A stretch of 64,000 bases of DNA from Candidatus Eiseniibacteriota bacterium (GCA_963717935.1 CAVQXP010000004.1:1216001-1280000), one strand, 5' to 3'; numbered from the stretch's first letter, positions 10,515 to 21,383 are shown. Made by a program: numbers and translations. Notes: generated by a model from the sequence alone, not told the origin.

Positions 10515-13157
10515 ATGAAAACGACAATCGCCGCCTTGCTGTCCCTCGCGCTGGCCACGGTCGCGATTGCTGCGGGTCCGGGCCAGAGCGTCCTCGAGGT
10601 GCGCGCGGTCCGCGCGACTTCGCCCATCGCGATCGATGGCGTCATCTCCGAGAGCGCCTGGCAGTCGGCGCCGATCATCGCCGACCTCAAGCAGAGCCGG
10701 CCCAACGAGGGCGCCGATGGCAGCCAGCGCACGGAAGTCCGCGTGCTCTACGACGAGCAGGCCCTCTACGTGGCCGCGCGCATGCACGACAGCCACGCCG
10801 ACTCGATCGTCCGGATGCTCTCGCGGCGGGACAACGGCATGCGCTCGGATGCGTTCATGCTGTACATCGACCCGTATCACGACCGCCGGAGCGGCTACTA
10901 CTTCGGGGTCAACGCCGCCGGCACGCTCTTCGATGGGACCCTGTCCAACGACGACAGCCGCAGCGCCTCGTGGGACGGTGTGTGGGATGGCTGCACGAAG
11001 GTGGACCGCGAGGGCTGGACGGCCGAGTTCCGGATCCCGTTCGCACAGTTGCGCTTCGCGCGGGCGGAGGTGCAGCGGTGGGGCATCAACTTCCACCGCT
11101 CGCTCTCTCGCGGGTTCGAAGAGAACATGCTCGCCTACACGCCCACCAACGAGAGCGGGTTCGTCTCGCGCTTCCCGACGCTCGTGGGCCTGGAGAACGT
11201 GAGTCCCGGCCGCGCCATCGAGGTCGTGCCCTACGCCACCTCGAAGGCCGAGTACCTGCAGCACGATCCGCTGGATCCCTTCGACGATGGCTCGCGGCTG
11301 ACGCCCAATCTGGGCGGTGACCTGCGCATGCCGCTGGGCGGCCGGCTCACCCTCAATGCCACGGTCAACCCCGACTTCGGCCAGGTGGAGGTGGACCCGG
11401 CGGTCGTGAACCTGAGCGATGTGGAGACGTTCTTCCCCGAGCGGCGGCCGTTCTTCGTCGAGGGCAGTCCGATCTTCGATGCCGGCCAGCAGGGGGCGAG
11501 CACCTACTGGAGCTTCGACACGCCCCGCCCCACGTTCTTCTACTCGCGCCGCATCGGGAGCGCGCCGCAGGGGAGCCTGCCGGACGACGCGGTGTTCGCC
11601 GACGTCCCGCACGGGACGACCATCCTCGGGGCGACGAAGGTCAGCGGGAAGCTCGGGGAGAGCGTCAACTTCGGCACCCTCCATGCGCTGACGGCGCGGG
11701 AGCGCGCCGATCTGCAGAACGGCGATCTCTCGCGCGTGGACGGTTTCGAGGTCGAGCCGCTCACCTACTACGGCGTGGCCCGGATGCTCAAGGAGTTCCC
11801 GGAGCGCCGCCACGGGCTGGGCGTGATCACCACGCTGGCCGCGCGCAGCTTCGAGGCGCGGCGCCTCGAGGACGAGTTCAACCGTTCCTCCGCGGCGCTC
11901 GCGATGGACGGCTGGCACTTCCTCGACCGCGGCAAGACCTGGGTGCTCTCGGGTTGGGCCGCCGGTACGCACGTGACCGGCACCGCGGCCCGCGTGACGT
12001 CCCTCCAGCGCAGCTCGTGGCACTACTTCCAGCGTCCCGACGCCGGCAGCTACCGGGTGGACTCGGCGGCCACGTCGCTGTCGGGCCTCGGCGCGCGCGT
12101 GTGGCTCAACAAGGAGAAGGGCAACTGGACCAGCAACTCGTCGGTCGGGTTCCTGAGCCCGGGCCTCGAGGTCAACGACATGGGCTACCTGAGCCGGTCC
12201 GACCTGATCGGCGGCCACGCGGGCCTCGGTTATCGCTGGACGAAGCCCACCCGGCACGTCAAGAACCACAACGCCTCGGCCGCCGTGTACGCCAGCCGGA
12301 ACTTCGACGGCGACCTCGTCGCCGCCGGTCTCTGGAGCGAGGCCTTCTGGTGGTGCGCGAACGACTGGGCCGTGTACTTCAGCGCCGCGTACAACCCCGA
12401 GACGGTCAACCCCCGGCGCAGCCGCGGCGGCCCGCTCATGCTGAACAAGCCCGGCTACCAGGCGTCCTACTTCATGGACACGGACGGCGGTCGCACCCGC
12501 TACTACTACCTCAACGTCGCCAGCGCCGCGCAGCCCGAGGAAGGCTCCTGGAACTGGAGCGTCAACCCGGGCATCAACTGGAAGCTCCGGTCGAACGTCT
12601 CGGTGAACCTCGGACCGGGCTTCGAGCGCTCGCGCGACGGCGCCTACTACTTCACGGCGCTGGACGACGCCGCGGCCACCGCGACCTTCGGACGTCGCTA
12701 CCTCTTCGCCGAACTCGAGCAGACGACGCTGTCCGCGAACGTCCGGCTCAACGTCTCGTTCACTCCGACCATGAGCCTGCAGTTCTACGGCCAGCCGCTC
12801 ATCGCGACGGGCGAGTACCGGGGCCTCAAGGAACTGGCGCGGCCGAAGAGCCTGGACTTCATCGGGCCGGGCGCGGGCGCGTGGACCTACGATCCGGCCA
12901 CCCGGCTGTTCGACCCCGACGGCGACGGGCCCGCGGGCGCCTACTCGCGCGACTTCAACTTCAAGTCGCTGCGCGGGAACGCCGTCTTCCGCTGGGAGTA
13001 CCGCCCCGGCTCGACCCTCTACCTGGTCTGGACGCAGGAGCGCACCGACGAAGAGCCGAGCAGCCAGCTCAGCGTCGGACCGTCGTTCCGGCGCCTCGTC
13101 CGCGCGGATGCGGACAACATCTTCCTGGCGAAGGTTACCTACTACCTGAACATGTAG
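10515..13157 (+). CDS. CBM9-like/DUF5916 outer-membrane protein
   Basis: Signal peptide; IDG...W and GWTAEFRIPF (CBM9-like); TVNPDFGQVEVD...ETFFPERRPFF and FYSRRIG; C-terminal beta-strand FLAKVTYY. Confidence 0.85.
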   Translation: MKTTIAALLSLALATVAIAAGPGQSVLEVRAVRATSPIAIDGVISESAWQSAPIIADLKQSRPNEGADGSQRTEVRVLYDEQALYVAARMHDSHADSIVRMLSRRDNGMRSDAFMLYIDPYHDRRSGYYFGVNAAGTLFDGTLSNDDSRSASWDGVWDGCTKVDREGWTAEFRIPFAQLRFARAEVQRWGINFHRSLSRGFEENMLAYTPTNESGFVSRFPTLVGLENVSPGRAIEVVPYATSKAEYLQHDPLDPFDDGSRLTPNLGGDLRMPLGGRLTLNATVNPDFGQVEVDPAVVNLSDVETFFPERRPFFVEGSPIFDAGQQGASTYWSFDTPRPTFFYSRRIGSAPQGSLPDDAVFADVPHGTTILGATKVSGKLGESVNFGTLHALTARERADLQNGDLSRVDGFEVEPLTYYGVARMLKEFPERRHGLGVITTLAARSFEARRLEDEFNRSSAALAMDGWHFLDRGKTWVLSGWAAGTHVTGTAARVTSLQRSSWHYFQRPDAGSYRVDSAATSLSGLGARVWLNKEKGNWTSNSSVGFLSPGLEVNDMGYLSRSDLIGGHAGLGYRWTKPTRHVKNHNASAAVYASRNFDGDLVAAGLWSEAFWWCANDWAVYFSAAYNPETVNPRRSRGGPLMLNKPGYQASYFMDTDGGRTRYYYLNVASAAQPEEGSWNWSVNPGINWKLRSNVSVNLGPGFERSRDGAYYFTALDDAAATATFGRRYLFAELEQTTLSANVRLNVSFTPTMSLQFYGQPLIATGEYRGLKELARPKSLDFIGPGAGAWTYDPATRLFDPDGDGPAGAYSRDFNFKSLRGNAVFRWEYRPGSTLYLVWTQERTDEEPSSQLSVGPSFRRLVRADADNIFLAKVTYYLNM

Positions 13158-13327
13158 GCGGGGCCCGCGGGCGCGGCGCCCGCGGCTCGCATTGGCGGCG
13201 AGCCAGTGGCCGAGCCGGCCGCTGGCCGTCCCCGGGACGGAAGGCCATGGAGTAGAATGACGCGGCCACCGCGTGCTCCGCAGGGGCGTACATCGGCGAA
13301 TCCCTGGCGTGACGAAAGGAAGGCTGA

Positions 13328-13861
13328 ATGGAAGTGCTCGGGCTGGTCGGCAGTCCCCGAAAGGGCGGGAACACGGACATCCTGGTGGACGCCATCCTGG
13401 ATGGCGCGCGCGGGAAGGGGCACCGCGTCGGGAAGGTCTACCTGCACGACTTCGAGATCGGGCCCTGCATCGACTGCCGCGGCTGCAAGCGGGGCGAGCA
13501 GGTGTGCGTCGTCGAGGACGGCATGCAGGAGATCTACGGCCGGCTGGATGCGGCCGAGGTCATCGTGTTCGGCACGCCGGTCTACTGGTGCGGTCCCTCG
13601 GGGACGATGAAGCAGACGTTCGATCGGCTGCGCCCGTACTATGCGAGCGAGCGGCTCAAGGGCAAGAAGGCGATCCTGGCGGTGCCCGCCGCGTCCGGTC
13701 CCGCCGAGGCAGACCTGCTGGTCCAGATGTTCCGCCGTTCCTTCAGCGCTCTCAAGGTCCGGCTCGTCGGGCAGGTGCTGGGAACGGGCTACGACGAGAA
13801 GGACATCCTCGCCGACGTGCAGGCCATGGAGAAGGCCACCGCGCTGGGCGCTGCGCTGTAG
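13328..13861 (+). CDS. Iron-sulfur flavoprotein / NADPH-dependent FMN reductase family
   Basis: GSPRKGGNT FMN loop, CIDCRGC-x5-C cluster motif, GTPVYW. Confidence 0.88.
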   Translation: MEVLGLVGSPRKGGNTDILVDAILDGARGKGHRVGKVYLHDFEIGPCIDCRGCKRGEQVCVVEDGMQEIYGRLDAAEVIVFGTPVYWCGPSGTMKQTFDRLRPYYASERLKGKKAILAVPAASGPAEADLLVQMFRRSFSALKVRLVGQVLGTGYDEKDILADVQAMEKATALGAAL

Positions 13862-14221
13862 GAACCCGCTTCCCCGCGGCACGTCCGCTCGTGGCCAGCG
13901 CGGGCCTGGCCTGCAGCCGCGCGAAGCAGACCCCGCAGGTGACGGGAGGACCACAGCCCATCCGTCCGCGCGCCCTCTGGGTGGCCGGACCCCGAGCGAG
14001 TATGCTCGGATGACCTGCTTCGCCGGCGGGCTGAAGGAATCGCTACGCGCAAGACGGGGAGCCGGTCACACCTCGGCGATCGACCGTCACCTTGTCTGAC
14101 GTGTCTATGGCTATTGCCTGCGGGACCGGTCGGTATTACCTTTGGGACTGGAGCCCTCAGAAGGCGCACCGGCGCACCGCATCCGGGTGTCCAAGTCCCA
14201 CCGCGCACACCGGGAGGCCAC

Positions 14222-15665
14222 ATGCGCAGACGAATGCTGATGCTCCTCATTGCCGTAGTCGCCGTGTTCGCCACCTCGATGGTGGTGCAGGCTGAGCCAG
14301 TCAGCCCGTACTTCTACGTCGGCCCCGCGGGTGGCTACACCTTCTTCCGCGACTCCCTCGTGCTGAAGGACAACTTCTATGTCGGCGGCAAGCTCGGCTA
14401 CCAGTGGCTGCCCTGGCTCGGCCTCGAGGCCGTCGGCGGCTACACGCCCACCCAGGTGGATGTGCCCGCCGAGTCGGACATCACCTTCTGGCACGCGTCG
14501 GGGAATCTGGTCTTCTCGCCGTGGGGGACCCAGCCCGTGGTGCCTTACGTCTTCGTGGGTGGCGGCTACAGCAGCCTCAAGCTCAAGGATGCCGACGACG
14601 ACATGCACTTCGGCACCGGCGAGTTCGGCGCCGGGGTGCGCTACTGGTTCAACGACATGCTGGGGTTCCAGGTCGAGGGCCGCGGAATCCTGAGCCTCCC
14701 CAAGGAGAGCTGGTGCGGAGGACTACGAGCTGGACGAGATGGTGGCGAGTGCCGGTATCACGCTGGCCTTCGGCGGCAAGCCCCGTGACGCGGACGGCGA
14801 CGGCGTCTCCGACCGCAAGGACAAGTGCCCGGCCACGCCGAAGGGCGCGACGGTGGACGCGAGCGGCTGCCCGATCGACCGTGACGGCGATGGGGTCTTC
14901 GACGGTCTCGACGAATGCGCCAACACGCCGAAGGGCGCGACCGTGGACGCCAGCGGCTGCCCGGCCGACGGCGACGGGGACGGTGTATACAACGGTCTCG
15001 ACCAGTGCGCGGACACGCCGAAGGGCGCGACCGTGGACGCCAGCGGCTGCCCGACTGACAGCGACGGCGACGGCGTGTACGACGGCCTCGACCGGTGTGC
15101 GAACACGATCATCGGCTGCACCGTGGACGCGAACGGTTGCGCCACGGACACCGACGGCGACGGCGTGTGCGACGGCCTCGACCAGTGCCAGGGCACCGCG
15201 GCCGACCTCAAGGTGGACGCCGGCGGCTGCCCGATCGAAGTGGTCGAGCGCGAGACCGAGTTGCTCAACACCGGCATGATCCGGCTGCAGAACATCAACT
15301 TCGAGACCGCCAAGGCGGACCTGTTGCCCGAGTCCTATCCCACGCTCGACGTGGTGGGTCAGGTGCTCTCGAGGTGGCCGGACCTGCGGATCGAGGTGGG
15401 CGGACACTGCGACTCGCGCGGCTCGGCGGCATACAACCAGAAGCTGAGCGAGGCGCGCGCCCAGTCGGTGCTCGACTACCTGATGGGCAAGTTCTCGAAG
15501 CTCGAGCGCGGGCAGTTCGCCGTGAAGGGCTACGGCGAGGGCTCGCCACTCGTGCCGAACTCGAGCGCCCTAAACATGGCGAAGAACCGCCGGGTCGAGT
15601 TCAAGGTCCTCAACAAGGAAGTGCTCACGAAGGAAGTGGAGCGGCGCAAGATGTTGCAGAAGTAG
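14222..15665 (+). CDS. OmpA family protein (beta-barrel, thrombospondin type-3 repeats, OmpA-C), frameshifted near 14715
   Basis: Signal peptide, barrel strands, DxDGDG repeats, INFETAKA, GHCD...NQKLSEARA, NRRVEF. Confidence 0.88.
14787..15236 (+). repeat. Five tandem 90-bp (30-aa) TSP3-like calcium-binding repeats
   Basis: Unit DxDGDGVxDxxDxCxxTPKGATVDASGCPx repeated five times. Confidence 0.9.
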
Positions 15666-15684
15666 CCGCACTTGAAGGTCGACT

Positions 15685-15715
15685 CCGCGGGCCGGCGGTT
15701 ACCGTCGGCCCGCGG
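15685..15715 (+). terminator. Hairpin after ompA-like gene
   Basis: CCGCGGGCCGGCGG-TTA-CCGTCGGCCCGCGG. Confidence 0.5.
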
Positions 15716-15907
15716 CGCGTGTCAGCATCCACCCGACGGCCGATCCATCGCGGGCACGGGCTCTGGCACCATGTCTCTGCCCGCTCTCCGGACCGCGGTG
15801 GCCCTGGTGACCGGCTGCGCGTTGGAGTCGCAGACCGTAGCCAAGACCGTAGCCAACCGGGGCCGAGCACTTGCGCGAAAGCCCGTAACTCGTGCAATAT
15901 CGGCCCC

Positions 15908-15998
<91 letters not shown>

Positions 15999-16274
15999 CT
16001 TTGTGACGCCGCTCGGCGGCCGTCCGCCTCCCACGCGGCCCAGCCCGCGCTCGCCTCCGCGCCGCGCCGCTCGCCCACGACGCCGATCGCGGCCGCGGTC
16101 TTCCTTGGCGTCCTCCGGTCGCTCTTCCATGGCTCGGACTCGGGCCGTTGCGCACCTCCCCGGGGGCGCTCATGGACGCCCGAGCGGCGTCAAGCACGCG
16201 CCTCCCGCTCGGTTTGCCCGCTGCCGTGGGCCGTGGTAACGGTTCCGCCGCCGGTGAGCCCGGCGCAGAGGTAC

Positions 16275-16365
16275 GGAGAGATGTCCGAGCGGCTGAAGGA
16301 GCACGATTGGAAATCGTGTAGGCGCTAATACCGCCTCGAGGGTTCGAATCCCTCTCTCTCCGCCA
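16275..16365 (+). tRNA. tRNA-Ser(GGA)
   Basis: Anticodon arm CACGA-TTGGAAA-TCGTG, long variable arm, 3' GCCA. Confidence 0.95.
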
Positions 16366-16396
16366 TCTGTTCACGACCACCACTGAGGAGCCCTCG

Positions 16397-16925
16397 ATGC
16401 GCGCGTTCGTCCCCGAGCTGACGAGACTCCCGAAGCGCAGAGTGCTGACAGTCACCACGGTCGGCAGCCCGAACAAGGCCGCGCAGCGCTGCGTCAACGC
16501 CCTCTTCGGCACGGCCTACGGGACCAAGTTCAACGTGCTATGCCCCGCGGAAGAAGAAGATGGTGATTGGGCGGCTGGCATGCCGCTGGATGAACGCGCT
16601 GAAGGCTCCGCCCTCGAAGTGGGAGGCGCGCTGGGGGCTCGAGGTCTCGAGCTTCGTCACGGGCCGCGACCTGCTGCAGGCGGATCCGAAGACGCGCGTC
16701 AGGGTGGCGGACTGGGACTACGATCTGGTGGCGCAGATCCTCCACAAGGGCTCGTACGCCGACGAGTGGCCGAGCATCGAGAAGCTGCACGCGTTCGTGC
16801 AGGAGAAGGGCTACCGGATCGTGGGGCCGCACGAGGAGGAGTACCTGACGCGGCCGGACGTGAAGGTGCCGATGACGATCATCCGCTACCGGGTGAAGAA
16901 GCGGGCGGCGCGCAAGCGCGCCTGA
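16397..16925 (+). CDS. GyrI-like small-molecule-binding protein, frameshifted near 16540
   Basis: GAGGAG RBS; VAQILHKGSY...E...HEEYL...TIIRY motifs. Confidence 0.75.
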
Positions 16926-16969
16926 GCCGGAGCGACGACCCGGCGGCCCCGGGGGCGGCTCGGCCCGGC

Positions 16970-16997
16970 TTGACCTGCCCGGCACCCCTGATAGAAT
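16970..16997 (+). promoter_or_regulatory. Sigma70-like promoter for tRNA-Ala and ffs
   Basis: TTGACC, 16-bp spacer, extended -10 TGnTAGAAT. Confidence 0.6.
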
Positions 16998-17061
16998 GCC
17001 CGTCGCCCGGTCGCTCGCGCGGCCTCAGGACGAGGCGCGCGGGCCGAACCCTCTGTCCTGT

Positions 17062-17137
17062 GGGGATGTAGCTCAGCTGGGAGAGCACCTCGTTCGCAAC
17101 GAGGGGGTCGGCGGTTCGAATCCGCTCATCTCCACCA
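17062..17137 (+). tRNA. tRNA-Ala(CGC)
   Basis: GGGGATG acceptor with G3:U70, anticodon arm CCTCG-TTCGCAA-CGAGG, 3' ACCA. Confidence 0.95.
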
Positions 17138-17144
17138 TCTTCTT

Positions 17145-17243
17145 GGGCCAGGCCCAGCGCAACCCGAACTTGTGAACCCCGCGAGGACCGGAAGGTAGCA
17201 GCGGTAAGCATGAAACTCGGGAGTGCCGCTGTACCCCTGGCCC
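17145..17243 (+). ncRNA. ffs: Small bacterial SRP RNA (4.5S)
   Basis: Domain IV GAGGACCGGAAGGTAGCAGC, closing stem GGGCCAGG/CCTGGCCC, canonical position upstream of dnaX. Confidence 0.92.
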
Positions 17244-17350
17244 TTACCCGAAGCCGTCGAGAGACCGCCTAGCCCAGCCCGGAGTGGGGATCCGTGCGGA
17301 GCACGGGTCAGGCGACCTCCCGGCGGCTTATGGGTAGAATGGGGATTGCC

Positions 17351-19226
17351 ATGGCCCATCGCGCTCTTGCCCTGAAGTACCGGTCGCAGACGTTCGCCGA
17401 CGTGATCGGGCAGGAGCACGTCACCGCCGTGCTCACCCGGGCGCTCGAGGGCGGTCGCGTCGCCCACGCCTACCTCTTCACCGGCGTCCGCGGCGTCGGC
17501 AAGACCACCTGCGCCCGCCTGATCGCCAAGGCGCTCAACTGCCAGCAGCGCGGCCTGGACGGCCACAGCGCCGGCGAGCCCTGCAACGAGTGCGTCTCGT
17601 GCCGGGAGATCACGACGGGCGTGGCGCTCGACGTGACCGAGATCGACGGCGCCTCGAACCGCGGCATCGCCGACGTGCAGGCGCTGCGCGAGAACGTCCG
17701 CTTCTCGCCGACCGGCGGCAAGCACCGCGTGGTCATCATCGACGAGATCCACCAGCTCTCGGGCGATGCCTTCGCCGCGCTGCTGAAGACGCTGGAGGAG
17801 CCGCCGCCGCACCTGGTGTTCGTCTTCGCCACGACCGACCCGCAGAAGCTGCCCGAGACGATCCGTTCGCGCACGCAGCGCTTCGACTTCGCGCGCGTGC
17901 CGCTGCGCAAGGTCGCCGACCGGTTGCTCGAGCTGCAGCGACGCGAGGCTGCGGACCCGGAGGGCATCCGCTTCGAGCTGACCGAGAGCGCGGCCCTGCT
18001 GCTGGCGCACAAGAGCGAAGGCTCGATGCGCGACGCGGTGAGCGCGCTCGACCAGGTGGTCTCGGCGGGCGAGACTGGAAGTGAACGACGAACTGGTGCG
18101 GCGGGTGCTGGGGATCGCCGACCGCGAGGCGTTCTTCACCATCGCGGGGGCGGTGCTCGGGCGCGACCCGAAGGCGGCGCTGCGGGCGCTGCACCAGGCG
18201 TTCGAGAAGGGCCTGGATGCGCGCGACCTGGCCGAGGGCCTGAGCGAGCACATCCGCCACATCCTGGTGCTCAAGGTGGACCCCGAGGCCGGCGACCTGG
18301 TGGCGCTGGCGCGCGAGGATCTCGAGCGGCTGAAGCAGCAGGGCGAGTCGTGGAGCGAGAACGACCTGTTGCGGCTGCTCAAGCTCGCGTCGGAGGCGCC
18401 CTGGCCGATGCGCGACAGCCCGCAGCCGCTCATCCACCTGGAGGCGGCGTTGCTGCAGATGGCCACGCTCGAACCGGGCGAGACGCTGGCCGAGATCCTG
18501 GCGAAGCTCGAAGCGCTCGAGCAGCGGCTCGGCGGCGCGCCGGCGGCACCGGGCGGCCGGCCGGCCGGGCCTGCGCGGCCCCCGGCGCCGCTGCCGGGCG
18601 GTGGAGCGCAGCGCTCGAGCGTGACTCCGGCGCCGCCGCGCCGCGCTCCGCCGGCCGCCGCTCCGCCCTGGACGCCGCCCGCGGCCGCTGCGCCCGCCTC
18701 CACGCCAAGGGCCTCGGCGCCTGCGCCGCCCGTGGCCGTGGCCCCCGCTTCGCCGGTGGCCGTGGCTCCCGCTTCGCCCAGGCCCGCCGCGCCGCTCTGG
18801 CCGAGCGTGACGGCCGGCGCGGACGCTCCGGTCGCGACCCTCGACGCCGAAGTCGAGTGCGACGAGGCGGCCGAGCGCTGCTGGCGCGACACGCTCGCCG
18901 GTCTCAACGCGCGCAAGCGCATGCTGGGGGCATTCCTCGAGGAGAGCCACTTCGTGGGGCTCGCGGGCGACGCGCTGGTCGTGGCGATGGACCACGTGCA
19001 CTGCATGGTGGTGAAGGAGAAGGAGAACCTCGCGCTGGTCACGGAAGAGGCGCGACGCGCCTTCGGGCGCTCTCTCGAGCTGCGTTGCGTCCCGCTGGAG
19101 GCCTCGCAGCAGCGGCGCCGGCCGGCGCTCGAGGACGTCGCGCCCATGGTCGAGCGCGCGATCGAGTTCTTCCAGGGCGAGGTGATCGAGCCGAAGAGCC
19201 GCCGCGGCGAAAGGACGGAGGAATGA
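17351..19226 (+). CDS. dnaX: DNA polymerase III subunit gamma/tau, apparent single-base frameshift near 18075
   Basis: ALKYR, GQEHV, HAYLFTGVRGVGKTT, zinc Cys, EIDGAS, IIDEIH, LLKTLEEPP; the second half continues in another frame with a Pro/Ala linker. Confidence 0.93.
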
Positions 19227-19528
19227 AGAGTTTCGGTGACATGGTGAAGCAGGCCCAGAAGCTCCAGAAGCAGATGGACGCGGCCCAGGAACAGCTCGCC
19301 GGGATGCGCTTCGAAGCGAGCGCGGGCGGCGGCCTGGTCAAGGCCGTGGTGGACGGCAAGCAGATGCTCAAGGAGCTCTCGATCGGTCCCGAGGCGCTGA
19401 AGGAAGGCGACGTCACGCTGCTCGAGGACCTGATCCTGACGGCGGTGGGAGAAGCCCAGCGCGCCTCCGAGGCGCACATGCAGGAGACCATGGGCAAGCT
19501 CACCGGCGGCCTCGGGCTGCCCTTCTAG
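19223..19528 (+). CDS. ebfC: YbaB/EbfC nucleoid-associated protein
   Basis: KQAQKLQ...SAGGGLVK...LLEDLI; lies between dnaX and recR. Confidence 0.92.
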   Translation: MKSFGDMVKQAQKLQKQMDAAQEQLAGMRFEASAGGGLVKAVVDGKQMLKELSIGPEALKEGDVTLLEDLILTAVGEAQRASEAHMQETMGKLTGGLGLPF

Positions 19529-19543
19529 CCCCCGGCCCCCGAC

Positions 19544-20144
19544 ATGTACTCCTCCAGGTTCCTCGAACTGCTCATCGAAGAGTTGGTCAAGCTCCCGAGC
19601 GTGGGCCAGAAGAGCGCCCAGCGGCTGGCGCTGCACCTGATGCGCGTGCCGAAGGAGGAGGCCCTGCGCCTGGCCGAGGCCATCCGCGCGGCGCGCGAGA
19701 AGGTGGGCTTCTGCAGCGTATGCGGCCTCTTCAGTGAAGAGGACCCCTGCCTGATCGACCGCGATCCCGCAGCGCGACCCGCAGCTGGTGTGCGTGGTCG
19801 AGCGGCCGGCCGACGTGCTGGCGTTCGAGCGCACGGGCTCGTTCCGCGGCCGCTACCACGTGCTGGGCGGGGCGCTCTCGCCGCTCGACGGGACCCAGCC
19901 CGAGGACCTGCGCATCCGCGAGCTGCTCGAGCGCCTGCGCACCGAGCCGATCCAGGAGATCATCCTGGCGACCAATCCCAACGTGGCCGGCGAGGCGACG
20001 GCGCTCTACCTGTCCCGCCTGCTCGCGCCGCTCGGCGTGAAGGTCACGCGCATCGCGCGTGGCGTGCCGATGGGCTCCGACCTCGAGTACTCCGACCAGG
20101 TCACTCTGGCCCGGGCGCTCGAGGGCCGGCGCGAGTTCGAATAG
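19544..20144 (+). CDS. recR: Recombination mediator RecR, frameshifted near 19770
   Basis: [13 protein letters not shown]h[33 protein letters not shown]. Confidence 0.93.
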
Positions 20145-20178
20145 GCTCCCGCATGCCGCCCCCCGGGCGTACCCGGCC

Positions 20179-21383
20179 ATGAACCTCTACCTGCGCGATG
20201 TCGTCGCCCTGGTGTCTCTGCTCGTGTTCATCGCGCTCAATGGCTTCTTCGTGGCGGCCGAGTTCGCGCTGGTGACGGTGCGCTGGACGCGGGTCGAGGA
20301 GCTGGTGAGCCGTGGCCGGTTCGGAGCGAAAGTCGGTGGCGAAGGCGCTCGAACATCTCGACGACGCCATCGCCGCGACGCAGCTCGGCATCACCTTCGC
20401 GAGCCTCGCCCTGGGCTGGATCGGCGAGCCCGCGCTCGCGCACCTGCTGGCGCCCCTGTTCCACGGGCTGCCGGAGATCTGGGGCCTGGTGCTCAATCAC
20501 GCGCTCGCCGTGTCGCTGGCCTACCTGCTGCTCACCTACCTGCACGTGGTGCTGGGCGAGCTGGCCCCCAAGGCCATCGCCCTGCAGCGCGCCGAGGACG
20601 TGGCCCTGATCGTGACCGGGCCGCTGCTCGTCTTCTCGCGCATCTTCCGTCCGTTCATCCTGTTCATGAACGGCTCGGGGAACTGGGTCGTGCGCCTGCT
20701 CCGGCTGCCGCCGCCGCGTGCCGACCAGGATGTCCACTCGCTCCAGGAGTTGGGCATGCTGGTCGAGGAGACCGCCGAGGCCGGCATGATGGCGACCGAC
20801 CAGGCCGAGTACGTGCGCAACGTCTTCCGCCTGAGCGGCAAGCGGGTGCGCGATGTCATGGTGCCGCGCGAGAAGGTGGTCACGCTCTCGCTGCAGGCCT
20901 CGCCCGAGGAGGTCCTGGCGACCTGCCGCGAGACGGCGCATACGCGCATGCCGGTGTGGGAGGGAGACCCCGACAACATCGTGGGTATCGTCAACACCAA
21001 GAACCTCTTCCACCTGTTCAGCCAGTTCAAACTCGTGTTGTTGGAAGACGCCATGTACCCGCCCATCTTCGCGGACTCGGACCAGTCGGTGGGCAGGCTG
21101 CTCGGCATCTTCCGCCGCGAGCGGCGTCCGATGGCGGTGGTGCGCGACGCGGACGGGCAGATTCCACGGCATCGTCACGCTGGAGGACATCCTCGAGGAG
21201 ATCGTCGGCGAGATCGAGGACGAGCACGACGCGCCGCCGCCGGCAAAGCCCGGCGCGGCCGTTCCCGCGGTGCCCTCGCGCCCGGGCTCGGCGCTCGCCA
21301 CCGGCCCGGTGGCGGTGCCCGGCCGGACCCCACCGCCCGCTCCCGGCGCCACCCCGCCGCCCGGCGGGCCCGCCAAGGGCTGA
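20179..21383 (+). CDS. Hemolysin/CNNM family protein (DUF21 + CBS), frameshifted near 20330 and 21160
   Basis: [27 protein letters not shown] pair, [21 protein letters not shown]. Confidence 0.88.

Noticed and set aside
14787..15236. CRISPR-like periodic repeats
   Set aside because: These are in-frame 90-bp coding repeats without unique spacers, and no cas genes are present.
18061..18090. Programmed frameshift in dnaX producing gamma and tau
   Set aside because: The break lies within the clamp-loader core, far upstream of where gamma would end. There is no A-run slippery site, and removing one base restores ...GETEVNDELV. Neighbouring genes show similar indels.
18530..18830. Pro/Ala-rich repeats in dnaX as a separate element
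   Set aside because: This is an ordinary low-complexity tau linker with a short PVAVAPAS duplication.
19710..19770. RecR zinc finger with Asp replacing the fourth Cys (CSVC...CLID)
   Set aside because: It lies right beside an apparent sequencing indel, so the substitution cannot be trusted without reads.
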